Shown here piece by piece: positions 35,202 to 47,572 of a DNA stretch of 64,000 bases. The notes under the pieces were generated by a model. It did not search any database, was not told the origin of the DNA, and worked only from the letters and a program-made list of their open reading frames with translations. Each line of letters starts with the position of its first letter. Within the stretch, counting starts at the first letter, position 1. This DNA comes from an uncultured Planctomycetaceae bacterium (GTDB lineage Bacteria; Planctomycetota; Planctomycetia; Pirellulales; PALSA-1355). Location of the stretch: assembly GCA_963785305.1 (NCBI GenBank), contig CAWAUV010000009.1, positions 192,001-256,000 on the forward strand, read 5' to 3'. Position numbers and translations under genes: made by a program.

Positions 35202-36640
35202 ATGAATTCCGCAGTGCGCGTGCAAACGTCGAACCGGCGTTTGAGCCATCGTTTTCGACCCGAGCCCCGGTTGGCCCCCGAGCGCCGCCGCGGATCGCTC
35301 CGGCGCAACTTGCGACTCTGTTTCTGGGACGGCGTTCTATTCAGCATCATGGTCGGGGCGGGCGAGACCTATCTGCCGGCCTTTACCTTGGCGATGGGGT
35401 TTGGCGCCGTGGCGGCGGGGCTCATTACCACCGCGCCGCTGGCCGCTGGCGCGGTGCTCCAGCTTGTTTCGCCCGCCGCGGTGCGCCGCTTGGGTTCGCA
35501 TCGCCGCTGGGTGGTTTTGTGTTCGCTGGCCCAGGCGGCGAGTTTCGTGCCGCTGGCGATCGGCGGCTTGCGCGGGGCGATGCCGGTGGCGGCATCTTTA
35601 CGGCGGCCACCGTGTATTGGGGCGCCGGCCTCGCCACCGGCGGAGCTTGGAACGCCTGGATCGAGACGATCGTGCCCGCGAGGCTCAGGGCCCGATATTT
35701 CGCGCGCCGCACTCGCTTCGCCCAGCTTGGAGTGCTCACTGGGTTCGTCGCGGCCGGATGCGTGCTTTATTTCGCCAATCGGATGCATGCCTCGCTCTTG
35801 GCGTTTGGCGGACTTTTTGTCGCGGCGGCCGGATTCCGAGTGCTCTCGGCGATGTGTCTGGCGAACCACTCGGAGCCGAAGCCGCCGGAAGCGAAGGCGA
35901 CCGGTCTGCCCTGGGCCGAACTGTTTGCCGGCGGCCAGTACAAGGCCGAGGGCCGGCTGCTCGTGTATCTGTTCGCGGTGCAGTCGGCCGCGCAATTCGC
36001 GGGACCCTATTTCACGCCCTACATGCTTGGGCCACTGGGCCTAGGCTACGCGAGTTATGTGGCCTTGTTCGGTGTGTCGTTTGCCGCCAAGGCGCTCGCG
36101 CTGCCGCTCTTGGGCGCGGTGGCCGAGCGACGGGGCGCGTATCGGCTGCTGTGGGTGGCGGGGATCGCGATCGTGCCGCTCAGCAGCCTGTGGATCGTGT
36201 CGCAAAACTATGTGTATCTGCTCGGGGTGCAGATTGCCGCCGGATGCTCTTGGGCCGCCTATGAGCTCGCGATGTTTCTCCTCTTTTTCGAAGCGATCCC
36301 GCGCTCGCGCCGCACCAGCTTGCTCACGATCTACAACCTCGGCAATTCGCTGGCCACGGCCGCCGGCTCGGTGCTCGGTGGGCTCTTGCTCAACCAGGGA
36401 GCGAAGTCGACCGCCACGTATTTCCTCGTCTTTGGCATTTCGACCCTGGGCCGTGGCCTGGCGCTGGTGTTTCTGGCTCGCATTCCCGAGATTCGCGTGG
36501 CGACGCATTCGGTGGCCACGCGCACCCTGGGCGTGAGCGCGGGCGATAGCGTGCTGGAGCAGCCGATTCTTTCAAGCATGCCCGAAGCGAAAGAGATCGT
36601 TCTCCCGTTGGGAAAACACTCAGGCGCCGCCGATGGTTGA
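35202..36640 (+). CDS. MFS transporter (frameshift near 35597)
   Basis: DGVLFSIMVGAGETYLPAF, WNAWIETIVPARLRARYFARR and about 12 hydrophobic helices. Confidence 0.85.
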
Positions 36641-36671
36641 GGGCCGCGGCTTGCGAGACACGTGCAAAGAG

Positions 36672-36703
36672 CCCTCGCCCTGCCCTTTTCCGAAGGGGAG
36701 AGG
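36672..36703 (+). repeat. Short REP-like palindrome between convergent genes
   Basis: CCCTCGCCCTGCCCTTTTCCGAAGGGGAGAGG; a near copy lies in reverse orientation at 48786-48817. Confidence 0.6.
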
Positions 36704-36709
36704 AATTCA

Positions 36710-38443
36710 TCACGCGCCGGGGCTGGCGTCGGCCGGTTTCGCTTCGGTCGGCTTACCTGCGGGGTGCGCCTCGTTCGGTTTGCATTCATCGGGCATGCCC
36801 TCGCCCGATTTCGCTTCGGCAGGCTTCTTTTCATTCGTTTTCTTTTCACCCACCTTCGGTCCGCCCAGCTTTTCTCCCGGCGGCTTGCGGGCGCGTTTGG
36901 CGACGATCTCAGCCGGATCGGGGTCGGGCACGGCCAATTCGACTCGCAGGCGGCTTAGCTCGGCGGTGAGCTGCTTTTGGGTTTCGGCATATTCCGGGCG
37001 GCCGAACACGCTGGTCAGTTCGAGCGGATCCTTTTCGCGGTCGAAAAGCTCCCAATCGCCCGCGCCGGTCGGCACGTCGTGGTAGAAGTGAAGCAATTTG
37101 TAGCGGTCGGTCACGACGCCATAATGCGGTCGGACATGGTGCGGCTGAGGATATTCATAGTAGTGATAATAGAAACTCTTCCGCCAATCGGCCGGCGTTT
37201 GTCCACGGCAAACCGGCGCCAGATCGCGGCCTTGCACATCGCCGGGCGTCGCGACGCCGGCGGCGGCGAGGAAGGTCGGCGCGAAGTCGAGCGTGCTCAC
37301 GAGATCGTGATTCACGCTGCCCGGCTTGATCACGCCCGGCCAGCGCACCAAGAGCGGCGTTCGCAGTGATTCCTCGAAGATCCAGCGTTTGTCGAACCAG
37401 CCGTGCTCGCCGAGGTAAAAGCCTTGGTCGGCGGAATAGACGACGATCGTGTTGTTCGCCAGGCCCTCGGCGTCGAGCGTGTCGAGCACGCGGCCCACGC
37501 CTTCATCCACGGCCTTGACGCAGGCGAGATAGTCGTGCATATAACGCTGGTAGCGCCAAGCGACGACATCGCGGCCGGCGGGATGGGCCTCGCAATACGC
37601 TTTGTTCCGCGGCTCGTAGTACGCGTCCCACTGCTTGCGTTCCTCCGGCGTGAGCCGGTTGGGAGCGACGAACTTCAGATCACGCCGGGTCATCGTCTTC
37701 TGGAGCGTCATGTCTTGATCGTGTTCGGCGAGGCCGCGGCCGTGGTAATCGTCGAACAGCGAGGGCGGCTCGGGATAGTGGCGATCATGGTCATGGCCCA
37801 AGAGCCTGATGGGTGGCTCCCATTCGCGATGCGGCGCTTTGTGTTGCACCATGAGCAGAAACGGCTTCGACTTATCCCGGCCTTTGAGCCACTCGATGCC
37901 GCGGTCCGTGATTACATCGGTCACATAGCCGGTTTCTTGAATTTTCTTGCCATCGCGAATCATGGGCGGATGGTAATAGACGCCCTGACCCGGCAGGATT
38001 TCCCAATGATCGAAGCCGGTGGGCGTGCTCTCCAGGTGCCATTTGCCGATGATCGCCGTTTGATAACCCTGGGCCTGGAGCGCTTTGGGAAACGTGAACT
38101 GCGAGCCATCGAACACCGAGCCGGTGTTGTCATAAAAGCCATTGCGATGGGCATATTTTCCGGTGAGCACCGTGGCCCGACTAGGGCCGCAAATCGAATT
38201 CGGCACGAGACAGCGGTCGAACCGCATGCCTTCTCGAGCCAGCCGATCGATGTTCGGAGTTTCGACCAATTGACGCGGGTCTTGGTAGGCGCTGATCGCC
38301 TGATAGGCGTGATCGTCGGCGAAGATGAACACGATATTCGGCGGCGACGCGCTCGCCGACGAGGCCGCGAGCGCGATCGTGGCGACGACGGCGCCCAACG
38401 CCGCGTTCCATGTGAACCTTCGCCGCCGCGCGGAATCCGCCAT
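36710..38443 (-). CDS. Formylglycine-dependent sulfatase, exported
   Basis: PNIVFIFADD, CGPSR (CxPxR), GKWHL, HKAPH and DQGFYLGEHGWFDKR; N-terminal signal peptide. Confidence 0.95.
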   Translation of the reverse strand: MADSARRRRFTWNAALGAVVATIALAASSASASPPNIVFIFADDHAYQAISAYQDPRQLVETPNIDRLAREGMRFDRCLVPNSICGPSRATVLTGKYAHRNGFYDNTGSVFDGSQFTFPKALQAQGYQTAIIGKWHLESTPTGFDHWEILPGQGVYYHPPMIRDGKKIQETGYVTDVITDRGIEWLKGRDKSKPFLLMVQHKAPHREWEPPIRLLGHDHDRHYPEPPSLFDDYHGRGLAEHDQDMTLQKTMTRRDLKFVAPNRLTPEERKQWDAYYEPRNKAYCEAHPAGRDVVAWRYQRYMHDYLACVKAVDEGVGRVLDTLDAEGLANNTIVVYSADQGFYLGEHGWFDKRWIFEESLRTPLLVRWPGVIKPGSVNHDLVSTLDFAPTFLAAAGVATPGDVQGRDLAPVCRGQTPADWRKSFYYHYYEYPQPHHVRPHYGVVTDRYKLLHFYHDVPTGAGDWELFDREKDPLELTSVFGRPEYAETQKQLTAELSRLRVELAVPDPDPAEIVAKRARKPPGEKLGGPKVGEKKTNEKKPAEAKSGEGMPDECKPNEAHPAGKPTEAKPADASPGA

Positions 38444-38526
38444 GTTGCATCGCCTTGATGGGAGAAATGAAACCCCGCCGGCCCGAGGACTTTAGCCGGC
38501 GCCGGCGGGGTGAATGGTCGCCCGGG

Positions 38527-41500
38527 TCAATGCGCGTGATGATGGTCGTGGCCCGCGTGGCCGCCGAACATCGGGTGCGCCTTGTCGCCCTTGGCCAGCA
38601 CATAGGCGATCAGGTCGAGCACTTCCTCGCGCGTCAGCTTGCTGAGCAAGCCTTGCGGCATGATCGACTTGTTCGACTTGTCGCGGGTGTCGATCGTGGT
38701 CTTGATAATCACCACCGGCTCGACCTTGGCGAGTGGATTGTCGATCACCTTGACCAGCTCGGCGGTTTCCTCGACCACCATGCCGGTGACCACTTTGCCG
38801 TTGTCGAGCACGAACACATTGGACAGGAATTTTTCGTCGATCTTTTCCGAAGGCGTGACGACGGAGCGCAGGATATGCTCCGCATTTTGCTTCGCGGGAT
38901 CGAGCTTCGCCAAGTCGGGCCCGATTTGTCGGCCGGGTTCATTCAAGTGATGGCAGGCGATGCAGCTCGCGACCTTAAACGCGTTTTGCCCCACGGCAAA
39001 CGAACGGTCGTGCCCGAGGGTCTTGACCGATTCCAGCAGTTCGTCGACGGTCCACTCGTGGCTCTGGCCGATCTGCTTGAGCAGGTCGTCTTTCACCGTG
39101 ATGTTGTGCGCGGCGAGGTAGGAATCGGGATTGGCGCCATAGGCGTCGAGATCGTCGACCACGATCAACTCGCCATACATCCGGCGCCAGTGGCCGGGAT
39201 ACGTGCAGACATAGGGGTAGACGCCGGCTTCCTTGGGCGCCTCGAACGACAGGGCCTGCGATTCGCCCGGCTGAAGCAACCGGCTGGCGAGCAGAATCTT
39301 GTTGGACTTGGGCACGTAGTTTCGCTGCATCGCGTCGGCGTCGCGAGCCGTGGCTTCAGCCAAGAGGCCGATTTCTTCCATGGCGCCCGGCGTGGTGATC
39401 GCGAAGTTGTGCGGCATGGCGTCGGTGTTGGAGAAGCGAAACTCGATCGGCTTGCCGGTCTGCACGGCGATGCGTTCCTTGTCGTAGAGCATGCGCTCGG
39501 GCAGCGTGCCGACGGCGATCACGCGCACATCGAGATTTTCGAATCGCGAGAGCGCGGCCCCGGCCTCCTCGCTCGGCAAGAGCGACGCCAGTTGCTTGGC
39601 CAGAGCGATGGCCTCGACCGCCGAGGGGCCGGTGCGCAGGCTCGCGGGAATGCCGCTCACATAGGCCGTGAGATTATCCACCAGCGAACGGGCCAGATTC
39701 TTCTGCCAAGCTTGCTTGGGAATCAGGCCCATGGCGCGAATCGCGCTGTCGCGATTGCGGCCGGCGACGAGCAACTTGGCCAGATCGCGGAACTTTTCCT
39801 CGTCGTGGCCGGGAATCGACTGCAGCGAGTCGATCGCCACATCGCCGAGCGACTCGCCCGCGCCGGTCCACAGCTTGGCCAACGGCAGCGCTTGCTTATG
39901 CATGCCGGGTCCCGAGTATTCGAACTCAAGCCCCTGGTCGCCGCTGCCGTTGTAATACGTGACTACGAGCGGATGCGTGCCGACCGAGAGCTCGACCGCG
40001 CCTTTCTTCTCCGACATGCCGTGCTGGCCATCGTTGTCGATCACCAGCTTCTTGTCGACATAGAGCCGCGAACCGTCGTCGCTCGAAAGATAGAAGGTAT
40101 ATTTGCCCGCCTTGTCGATCTGGAGGCTGCTCGAAAACTTCAAGGCATAGCCCGACGCCAATTGACGCTGGGGCACATTGAGCGTGATTTTAGGAACGAC
40201 TCCGGTCGCCTTGGGCTTCATGCGGTCCAATGTCTCCAGGGCCACGTCACGTGGGTCTTGGCCATAGAAATCGACCGTGAAACCGTTGGCGCTTGAACCA
40301 CCGGCGGTCGACGGCGCGGCCGCGGGCACATCGAACAGCAGCGGCTCGACCCGGGCAAATGTCGGCGCCGCGCAGTTCCGGCGAAGCGATGCGCCCGATC
40401 GCCGCGAGCACATCGCGGAGCCCCTCGGCACTCTTCGAGGCTTCGACAAACGCATCATCCGGCGAATTATCGGCCACGATCCAGGCGGCGTAGCCCGCTT
40501 GCCGGCCGGCGGCGGACTTGCCGGCCGCGGCCAGCTTGGCGAACCGCTCGCGCACGGCATGCAGCTCGCCGCTCGGCCGCCGCGTCAAGAGGCCGGCCAA
40601 GGTCGCGACGCCTTCGTTATCACCCCGGGCGTCGCGATCTTGGATCAACGACAGCAAGAGATCGAGCTCCGACACATTGCGAATCATGGCCAGACCCGCG
40701 AGCGATTCGGCCAGCGCGGCCTGGGGAGCATCGTGCCGCGAGAGAATCGCCTGATACACGGCCTCGCCGCGCTCCATCTTCAGGAGGTCGTCGACATTCG
40801 CATTGAGCAACATATACGACTGCGCGGCGACCGAGGGCTTTTGGCCCGCGGCGAGCGCTTGATGCACGATGCGATCGACGTTGATCTTCTCTTTCACATA
40901 TTTCATGGCCGCGTCGATCTGAACATCGCTGGGGCGCAAAGCAACCTCGAAGAAGATCTCGGAAGCCAAGTTTTCAGGAAAGGCGACGCAGGCCTTGAGC
41001 GCTTCGACCCGCACGAGCGGCTCGGACTCGCGAGCCGCGGCGAGCAGCAGCGGACCAGCGCCTTGGACCTTGGGACCCCAGTGGCCGAGGGTGCGAATCG
41101 CCGCCGCGCGCACTCGGGGCTCCTTGGCGCCAAGGGTCTTCACCAGCAGCGCTTCATTGGGCACGCGCTGTTCCTCGCACACCCAGAGCGATTCGAGCAG
41201 CGCTTGCTCGTCGGCCGGGCTCTTCGGCTGGATGTCGGCGGTGAACTTGTCGACGGCCGCGATCACCTCGCCCTCGGGGCGACCACTGAGCTCGAGCCGA
41301 GCGCGATAGCGAACGCCGTTTTCCTTCGCATAAAAATTCCGCAGCACTTCGGCGATCGGTTTGCCCTTCATCTTTACCGGCTTGAGCAGCGGACGGCCGG
41401 CGGCGGTCACGCGGTAGACGCGGCCATGGGTATGGTCGCGGTTCGGGTCGCGAATGTTGTGCTGCATGTGGCCGATGATCGGGTTCTGCCAGTCGCTCAC

Positions 41501-43477
41501 ATAGAGCGCGCCATCGCCGCCGATCTCGAGATCGGTCGGGCGGAAGTTGCCATCGTCCGACACGAGAATCGGCTCGATCTCCACGGCGTTGATATCGGCC
41601 CCGTCGTACTCCACTTTGTGTTGCAACACACCGAGAAAGCCGATCGAATTGCAGATCAGGAAATTGCCGTTGTTCTCCGGCGGGAAGTGGCTGCTCGAGA
41701 GAATGCCGGTCGCGGGCACGGGGCGCACCCGCTTTTGATACCACTGTTTGGGCGCGTTGACGCCGTGACCGATATTGATGTAGTTGCCGGTGCCGCCGGT
41801 GCCGTCGCTGGCGAACTGGTAGCCCCATTGATCGATCACGTCGCCATGCGGGTTCGGGCCGATGGGGAAGTGAAAGTCGACTTCGAACGTGCGGGGGTCG
41901 AAGCGATAGACGCCCGAATTCGTCGAGCGAAAGGTCTTGGTCGGGGTTTCGCTGTTGTCGACGTGAAACACGCCGTGTGAATAGTAGAGCCCGCCGTCGG
42001 GGCCGATCACCATGCTGTTGGCGGTGTGGTGGGTGTCCTCGGCCGAGATGCCTTGGAGCATGCGAATCTTCACGTCGGCCCGGTCGTCGCCATCGGTATC
42101 CTTGAGAAACAAGATATCGGGCGCCGCGGCCACGAGCACGCCGCCTCCCCAGAATTCGAAGCCGGTGACGCTATTGAGCCCATCGGCGAACACGATCATG
42201 CGGTCGGCTTTGCCGTCGCCGTCTTCATCGGGCAGAATCACGAGCCGGTCTTGGAGCGTTTGCTTGGGATTCCAGTGCGGATAGCTCGGCCAAGTAGCCA
42301 CCCAAAGGCGGCCATCGGTGTCGACCGACATTTGCACCGGTTTGGCCAGATCAGGAAATCGCTCTTCCGAGGCGAACAGATTCACCTGCATTCCCTGGGC
42401 GATCTTCATCTTCGAGATCGCTTCCTCGCCGCCGAGGAAGGGGAATTTGCCATCGGGGAGCGGTCCCTTGATGTTCGACTCGACCACGAGTTCGGGCGGG
42501 GTGTTCGAATCATCGAGCTTCAGATCGCCGCCGGCGGCCACGGCCCAGACCCGTTTGTCGCGATTGGCCGTGAGCGCGTCGAAGATTTCCATTTCGCGCA
42601 TCATGACATCGGCGTTGCTCTGCCCATGCCACGAAAGCTTCGACCGGCCGCCGAAGACATTGAAGGCGTCGACCGTGCGATACCGGCTATACCAGTAGAA
42701 ATCCTTGTCGATGACCGCTTGCCGCAAGCGTTCGATGTTCGAGTTGTCGAGCGTGCGCGGGGCGCCGAAGAGCGCCTGGTCGATCGCGAGCGCCACGCGA
42801 TGATCGCCCTCGGGCGTGAGATGCACGCCGTTCATCGTCAGCGGTTCGGCGGCCGCGGCGTACATGTCGCGGGTGGGCGTGAACAGGTCGACGAACACGA
42901 CCCCCTTTTCGGCGGCCACTTCGCCCATGGCTTTCGTGTAGAGCGCGAGGCGAGCGTTGTTTTCGGCGCCGTCGGGCAAATGGCGGCTCTTAAGATTTTC
43001 GGCCGCGATCGGCGAGAAAAGCACCAGCCGGGGCGAGGATTTTCCGTTGTAGTTTTGCTTCGCGGTGTTGTCGATGAACTTGGCGAGGTCCTGTCGGAAG
43101 TTCGCCAACCCGCCTTCGCCTTGCAGCGATTCGTTGTAGCCGAAGAAGGCGAAGATCACGTCGGCCTTGGTGCGCGTCAGCCACTCGTCCGGCGTGCCGA
43201 AATTCTCCGACCGGGGACGGGTCGTGAGTGTGTCGCCGGGAAAGCTAAGATTGCGAAACACGAGCTCATGCTTCGGGAATCGCTGCTGGATGAGTGTTTC
43301 GAGCCAGCCATCGTGTTGCATCCGATCGGCCAAGGTATTGCCGATGTAGCTAATATGGTCGCCCGGTCGCAGTTCGAGCCCGGGCGACTGGGCCACGGCG
43401 CGGTTGGGCGACGCGGCCACGAAAATGGCGAGGAAAGTAAAGCACGAGTAAGCGAGGCAAGCGCAACGCGCGAACAT
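38527..43477 (-). CDS. PVC-type heme-binding multidomain protein: SGNH-like, beta-propeller dehydrogenase-like, HEAT, PA14, cupredoxin and cytochrome c (frameshift near 40370)
   Basis: IGNTLADR/FFGYNES/NGVHL; NLFASEE, DEDGDGKAD, GPDG, DGALYVSDW and GRVYRV; HEAT-like repeats; FYLSSDDGSRLYVD (PA14); MPHN...CTYPGHWRRM (type-1 Cu); CIACH and GPDL. Confidence 0.88.
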
Positions 43478-43790
43478 GGCGGCTCCCGGGGGGTTGTAGG
43501 CGAGCGGTAGGAATCGTTGGCGAGGAAGTGATTCATTATAATCGCGTTTTTTCCCAACGCGAGAACCAAGTCCTACGCCCGGCGTCGGTTTTTTTGGGCC
43601 GCCTACCGCTCGGTAAATCCGCCCCCTTCCCGGCTTCGCGGCCCCGCGAGCTGCCGCTGCCCGAAATGCGTCCAAACGGCTAAAATGCGGATAGCTGAGA
43701 CATATTGTCCCTCCGCCGTTTCGTCGAGCGCATGATATCTGGGCCGAGCCGGCGATCCCGTACCCTCGTGTTTCCGGGCGAAAAGCAGGC

Positions 43791-45157
43791 ATGATTTTGA
43801 CCATTCCCGGCGAACTGACCGCCGAAATCCTCAAAAAATGGAACTCCGATCCGGCCGAGGCGCCGCCGGGCGATGGCGGCGCGCTTGGCTGATCCGGCGA
43901 TGCTTTCGCCCGAGTCGGCGGCGAAATCACGTCCGCCCTCGGCGGAGCTTTTGCAACGCATTATCGAGGTGGCCTACGAAGCCAGCTTGCTCGAAGACGA
44001 AGGCCGGCCGGTCACGTTGCGTCTCTTGCTCCGCTCGGCCCACGAATTCGATGTCGAGCAGGGTCCGCCCGAGGGGTTGCTGCGTCTCATCTTCACCGAG
44101 CCGCGACCGTTCACCGCGAGCGAGTTGCGGCGCATCTCGCCGGCGTCGAATTATCACCGCTCGCTCGTGGGCGTGCATCTGGCGGCGCATGGAGCGCTTG
44201 AAATCTGGGGCGTCGTGCAGTCGGGTCCGCGCTGGTTGCAAAAAACGCAAGGCGGCCGCGGCGCCGCGCCGACTTTTCCGGATTGCTTGATCGTGGCCGT
44301 GACTCGACCCGGCTGCCTCGATGTCAGTCGCGGAGCGAGGCTGTTGGCCTCTGTGCGCGCGGGCCGCACGACCTCGCCGGGGCTCGATGTCTTCGAATCG
44401 CTTTGGCTCCCGCGGCATTTTTCGTCGATTCGCGCTGAATTGACCGAACTGCACGAAGCGGCGCGGAAAGCGCAACCCAATCGCTGGCGTCCGCTCGATC
44501 GCGATCTCACGCGGCTCATCGGCCAGCAGATGATCAAACGGCTCGTGAGCACGATCCACGCCGCGCGCCACGGCGGCGCCCTGGTCCTCACGCCCTGCGA
44601 ATATGATTTCGGCTGCGTCAACGGCGGCGCACTTGAAATTCAAATATCGATTCGTCGAAGACGCGTCGAGCCGCCGCTATCGCCGGCTGATCGTATCGAT
44701 GATGAATGCCTTGGCCTCGCTGGGCGCCGAGTTGGAGCTACCGCCCCATGAGCCCGTGAGTTGGCATCATTTCGACGGCTTCAACCATCCGCTCTTGGCC
44801 ACGCTGGAAGAGGGGATTTTCGAAATCGCGCACCTGATCGCCCAACTGGCCAGCGTCGACGGCGCGATTGCCCTGACCAAACGCTTCGAGTTGCTGGGGT
44901 TCGGAGTCGAGATCGGCGGGGCCTTGCCCGAGGTGCGCACCGTGCGGCGGGCGCTCGATATCGAGGGCGAGCACTATGTCGAGGAAAACGTCGAAGAGGT
45001 CGGCACTCGCCATCGCTCGGCGTATCGGCTGTGCAGCGCCGTGCATGACGCGATCACGATCGTCGTGTCGCAAGACGGCTCGGTGAGCTTCGTGTGCTGG
45101 AAAGACGACAGCGTGTATTACTGGCCCCACGAAATCAACTCACCCATCAGCCCCTGA
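43791..45157 (+). CDS. DisA_N (diadenylate cyclase-like) protein with an N-terminal DACNV-like domain (two frameshifts)
   Basis: N-terminal AYEASLLEDEGRPV and HGGALV; C-terminal LASVDGA, LLGFG, GTRHRSA and IVVSQDG. Confidence 0.8.
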
Positions 45158-45288
45158 GCGACGCGAAGCGAAGTAGGTCGCCCGACGCCTCGGTGGCGAA
45201 TATCCTGGGCATTGGCGCAATTCGCTTCGAGGCGTTTCCGCGGCAATGCTGGCTTTCGACGGCGGGCGACGGGATGCATCACGCAACA

Positions 45289-45976
45289 ATGGCGAACAGC
45301 GACGAGCATCTCCCGGCGTTCTTTTACGGACTCGAGCCTCGCTTCTGGCCCGGCCCTCGGTTGTATCGTGTATACGTCTCACGGGAGGTGCTTGTCTTCG
45401 CGTTTCTAGGCTGCGAAATTTACGACGCGGAGTCGGGCGAGATGATGATGCATGCGACGGGTTTGTACTTGGGTCCCTGGATCCGGCGGCGGCTTGCCGA
45501 GCGTGCCGCGCGAAACGAATTACAACGCGTTCGCCCCATCGGACCCGGGGATTTTGGAACAGGACCCGCGGAACTTTAAGATATTTCGCTCCGAGGTTGT
45601 GCGCACTCGCTTCAGTGGGGATCCAGGCATGTGGACGCCTGGATGTGTCGGCGCCATCGAACTCGATTTGTTCGCTGGCGCGAAACGCCGGTTTATCTTG
45701 ACGGGAGGCCAGGACCCCGAAGCAGTGAGGCGGCTCGTGCAGCACTTCGACCAGTCTTTGGAAGTGACCACAAAAACGACCGCGGAGAAACGCACAGAAT
45801 TCCTCTTCCTAAGTCTCTTGGCACTGCTCACCGCCGCTGGCCTCGGCTCGCTCGGATGGCTGGGTGGCCCCGGCCCGCACGCGCTGGAGCTATTCCTGAT
45901 GGCGGCGGTCGCACTGGCAATAGCTGGCTTGGGCTTCGTTCGAACTTGGCGGACACCAAAGCACAAGGGAAAATGA
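45289..45976 (+). CDS. Hypothetical protein with two C-terminal TM helices (frameshift near 45510)
   Basis: MANSDEHLPAFFYG...RLYRVYVS joins TNYNAF...DPRNFKI...KRRFIL, followed by two hydrophobic helices. GC is visibly lower than in the flanks. Confidence 0.55.
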
Positions 45977-46168
45977 ACGCGCCCTCGGTGGGAAGCAGAA
46001 CAGAGCGAGGCTATAACGGCGGTCGCCCTTATTGAGCGCCGTTGGCCGGTTTATGGGAATGCCTGCCCCGCCGTCCGAGGCTCGCCCATCGGGACAATGT
46101 ATAAGAAACATTATTGCGCAACGTGTCCGCATCGCCGCGGGCGATAATCGGCTTTTAACGCTCGCGTC

Positions 46169-47419
46169 CTACGATCGCTCTTTCTTTTCCGGCACATAGG
46201 CGTGGCCGCGTTTGCGGAGCACCTGGGCGTCGAGGATTCGGTCCGGCTCGACGCCGTTCGATTTCTCGGGATCGATCCGCTGAATGGAATCGAGCACATC
46301 CATTCCCTCGATGATTCGCCCAAACACCGTGTGCTTGCCGTTGAGCGACACCGTGGGCACGAATGTCAAAAAGAATTGCGAGCCGCCGGTGTCGCGACCG
46401 GCGTGCGCCATGCTCAGCACGCCGCGAAAATGGAGCCGGTGATCGGTCCGGTAGCATTCGCAAGCGATCGAATAGCCGGGCCCGCCCGAGCCCGTGCCGG
46501 TGGGATCGCCGCCTTGGGCCATGAAGTTGGGGAGCACCCGATGAAACGGCGCCTTTTTGTAATAGCCGCTTTCGACCAGACTGATGAAGTTGGCGGTCGT
46601 GTTGGGCGCTTCGTTCTCATAGAGTTCGACCACGATATCGCCCTTGGTGGTCGAGATTTTCACGCGTGGCAGATCGTCGGCCTTGGCTTCGGCCTCGCGA
46701 ATCTTGGACTCCTTGGCCCACTGCTTTTCGGTTTCGTCGAGAATGCCCAGGAATTGCTTGCCGGGGTCACTGAGCGATTTTTCATCGGCGGCGAGATTGA
46801 GATACTTGCGAGCCAGCGGATAGTCGTTCACGCAAAACGCCGCCACGCCGAGCGCGTTGTGTACCGCGGGGCTCTTGCTGCCCGATTCGACGACTCGCTT
46901 GCCAATCCGATAGGCTTCTTCGTATTTGTCCTTGCCATCGTATTTTCCGGACCGCACATCGTCGATGGCCACGCCCGACAAGAAGTCGACCAGCTTCGTG
47001 GCGCTGGGGTCTTCGGCGAGCGCCGCCTCGGCCGCGGCCACCAAGCGCGGCGCCATTTCGTGGCCGCGGGCGAGCAATTGATTGAACTTCTCGCCGAGCG
47101 CTTCGTGCTCTTTTCTGTCGTTCGCCACCTGAAACTGTTCTTGCACCTTGCGCATATCGGTGAGCAGCGTCTTCCATTCGGTATATTGCTTGTCGAAGGC
47201 TTGCATCGCCGGCGCCTCGGCGCCGGCGCTCGCTCCAGTCGCGGCGGCTTTCGTCTTGTCGCTGCTCGCCGAGGGCAAGTCGCCCGCAAGCGCCGTCCGA
47301 CGAGCGGCAATCATGAGCACGCCCATCAGCAACAGCGCGCCAAATCGCCCGCCCGTTTTTAGAGCCGCGAATCGTTGCCGCTCGAAATCCGCCCGTTTCG
47401 AATACCGCCTCATCGACAT
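46169..47419 (-). CDS. Exported cyclophilin-type peptidyl-prolyl isomerase with an N-terminal helical region
   Basis: TTKGDIVVEL, APNTTANF, FHRVLPNFMAQGGDP, LSMAHAG.DTGGSQFF and HTVFG. Confidence 0.93.
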   Translation of the reverse strand: MSMRRYSKRADFERQRFAALKTGGRFGALLLMGVLMIAARRTALAGDLPSASSDKTKAAATGASAGAEAPAMQAFDKQYTEWKTLLTDMRKVQEQFQVANDRKEHEALGEKFNQLLARGHEMAPRLVAAAEAALAEDPSATKLVDFLSGVAIDDVRSGKYDGKDKYEEAYRIGKRVVESGSKSPAVHNALGVAAFCVNDYPLARKYLNLAADEKSLSDPGKQFLGILDETEKQWAKESKIREAEAKADDLPRVKISTTKGDIVVELYENEAPNTTANFISLVESGYYKKAPFHRVLPNFMAQGGDPTGTGSGGPGYSIACECYRTDHRLHFRGVLSMAHAGRDTGGSQFFLTFVPTVSLNGKHTVFGRIIEGMDVLDSIQRIDPEKSNGVEPDRILDAQVLRKRGHAYVPEKKERS

Positions 47420-47572
47420 TTTCTCCCTCGACTGGTGATCTGCTCGCGGGCGCCAGCGCCGCCGCCCGCCTAATTATGTTATAGTAAACGCGGATCGGGA
47501 AGTCGCCCGCGTGTTGGGCCGCTTCCGCTGTTGGACGGCCAGTTTTGCCGCGACCGCGATTTCGGAATCGAC

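Noticed and set aside
38455..43510. Long plus-strand ORFs (613, 567 and 494 aa) and similar shadow ORFs elsewhere
   Set aside because: They are antisense shadows of well-supported genes, which is expected in high-GC DNA, and carry no recognisable motifs.
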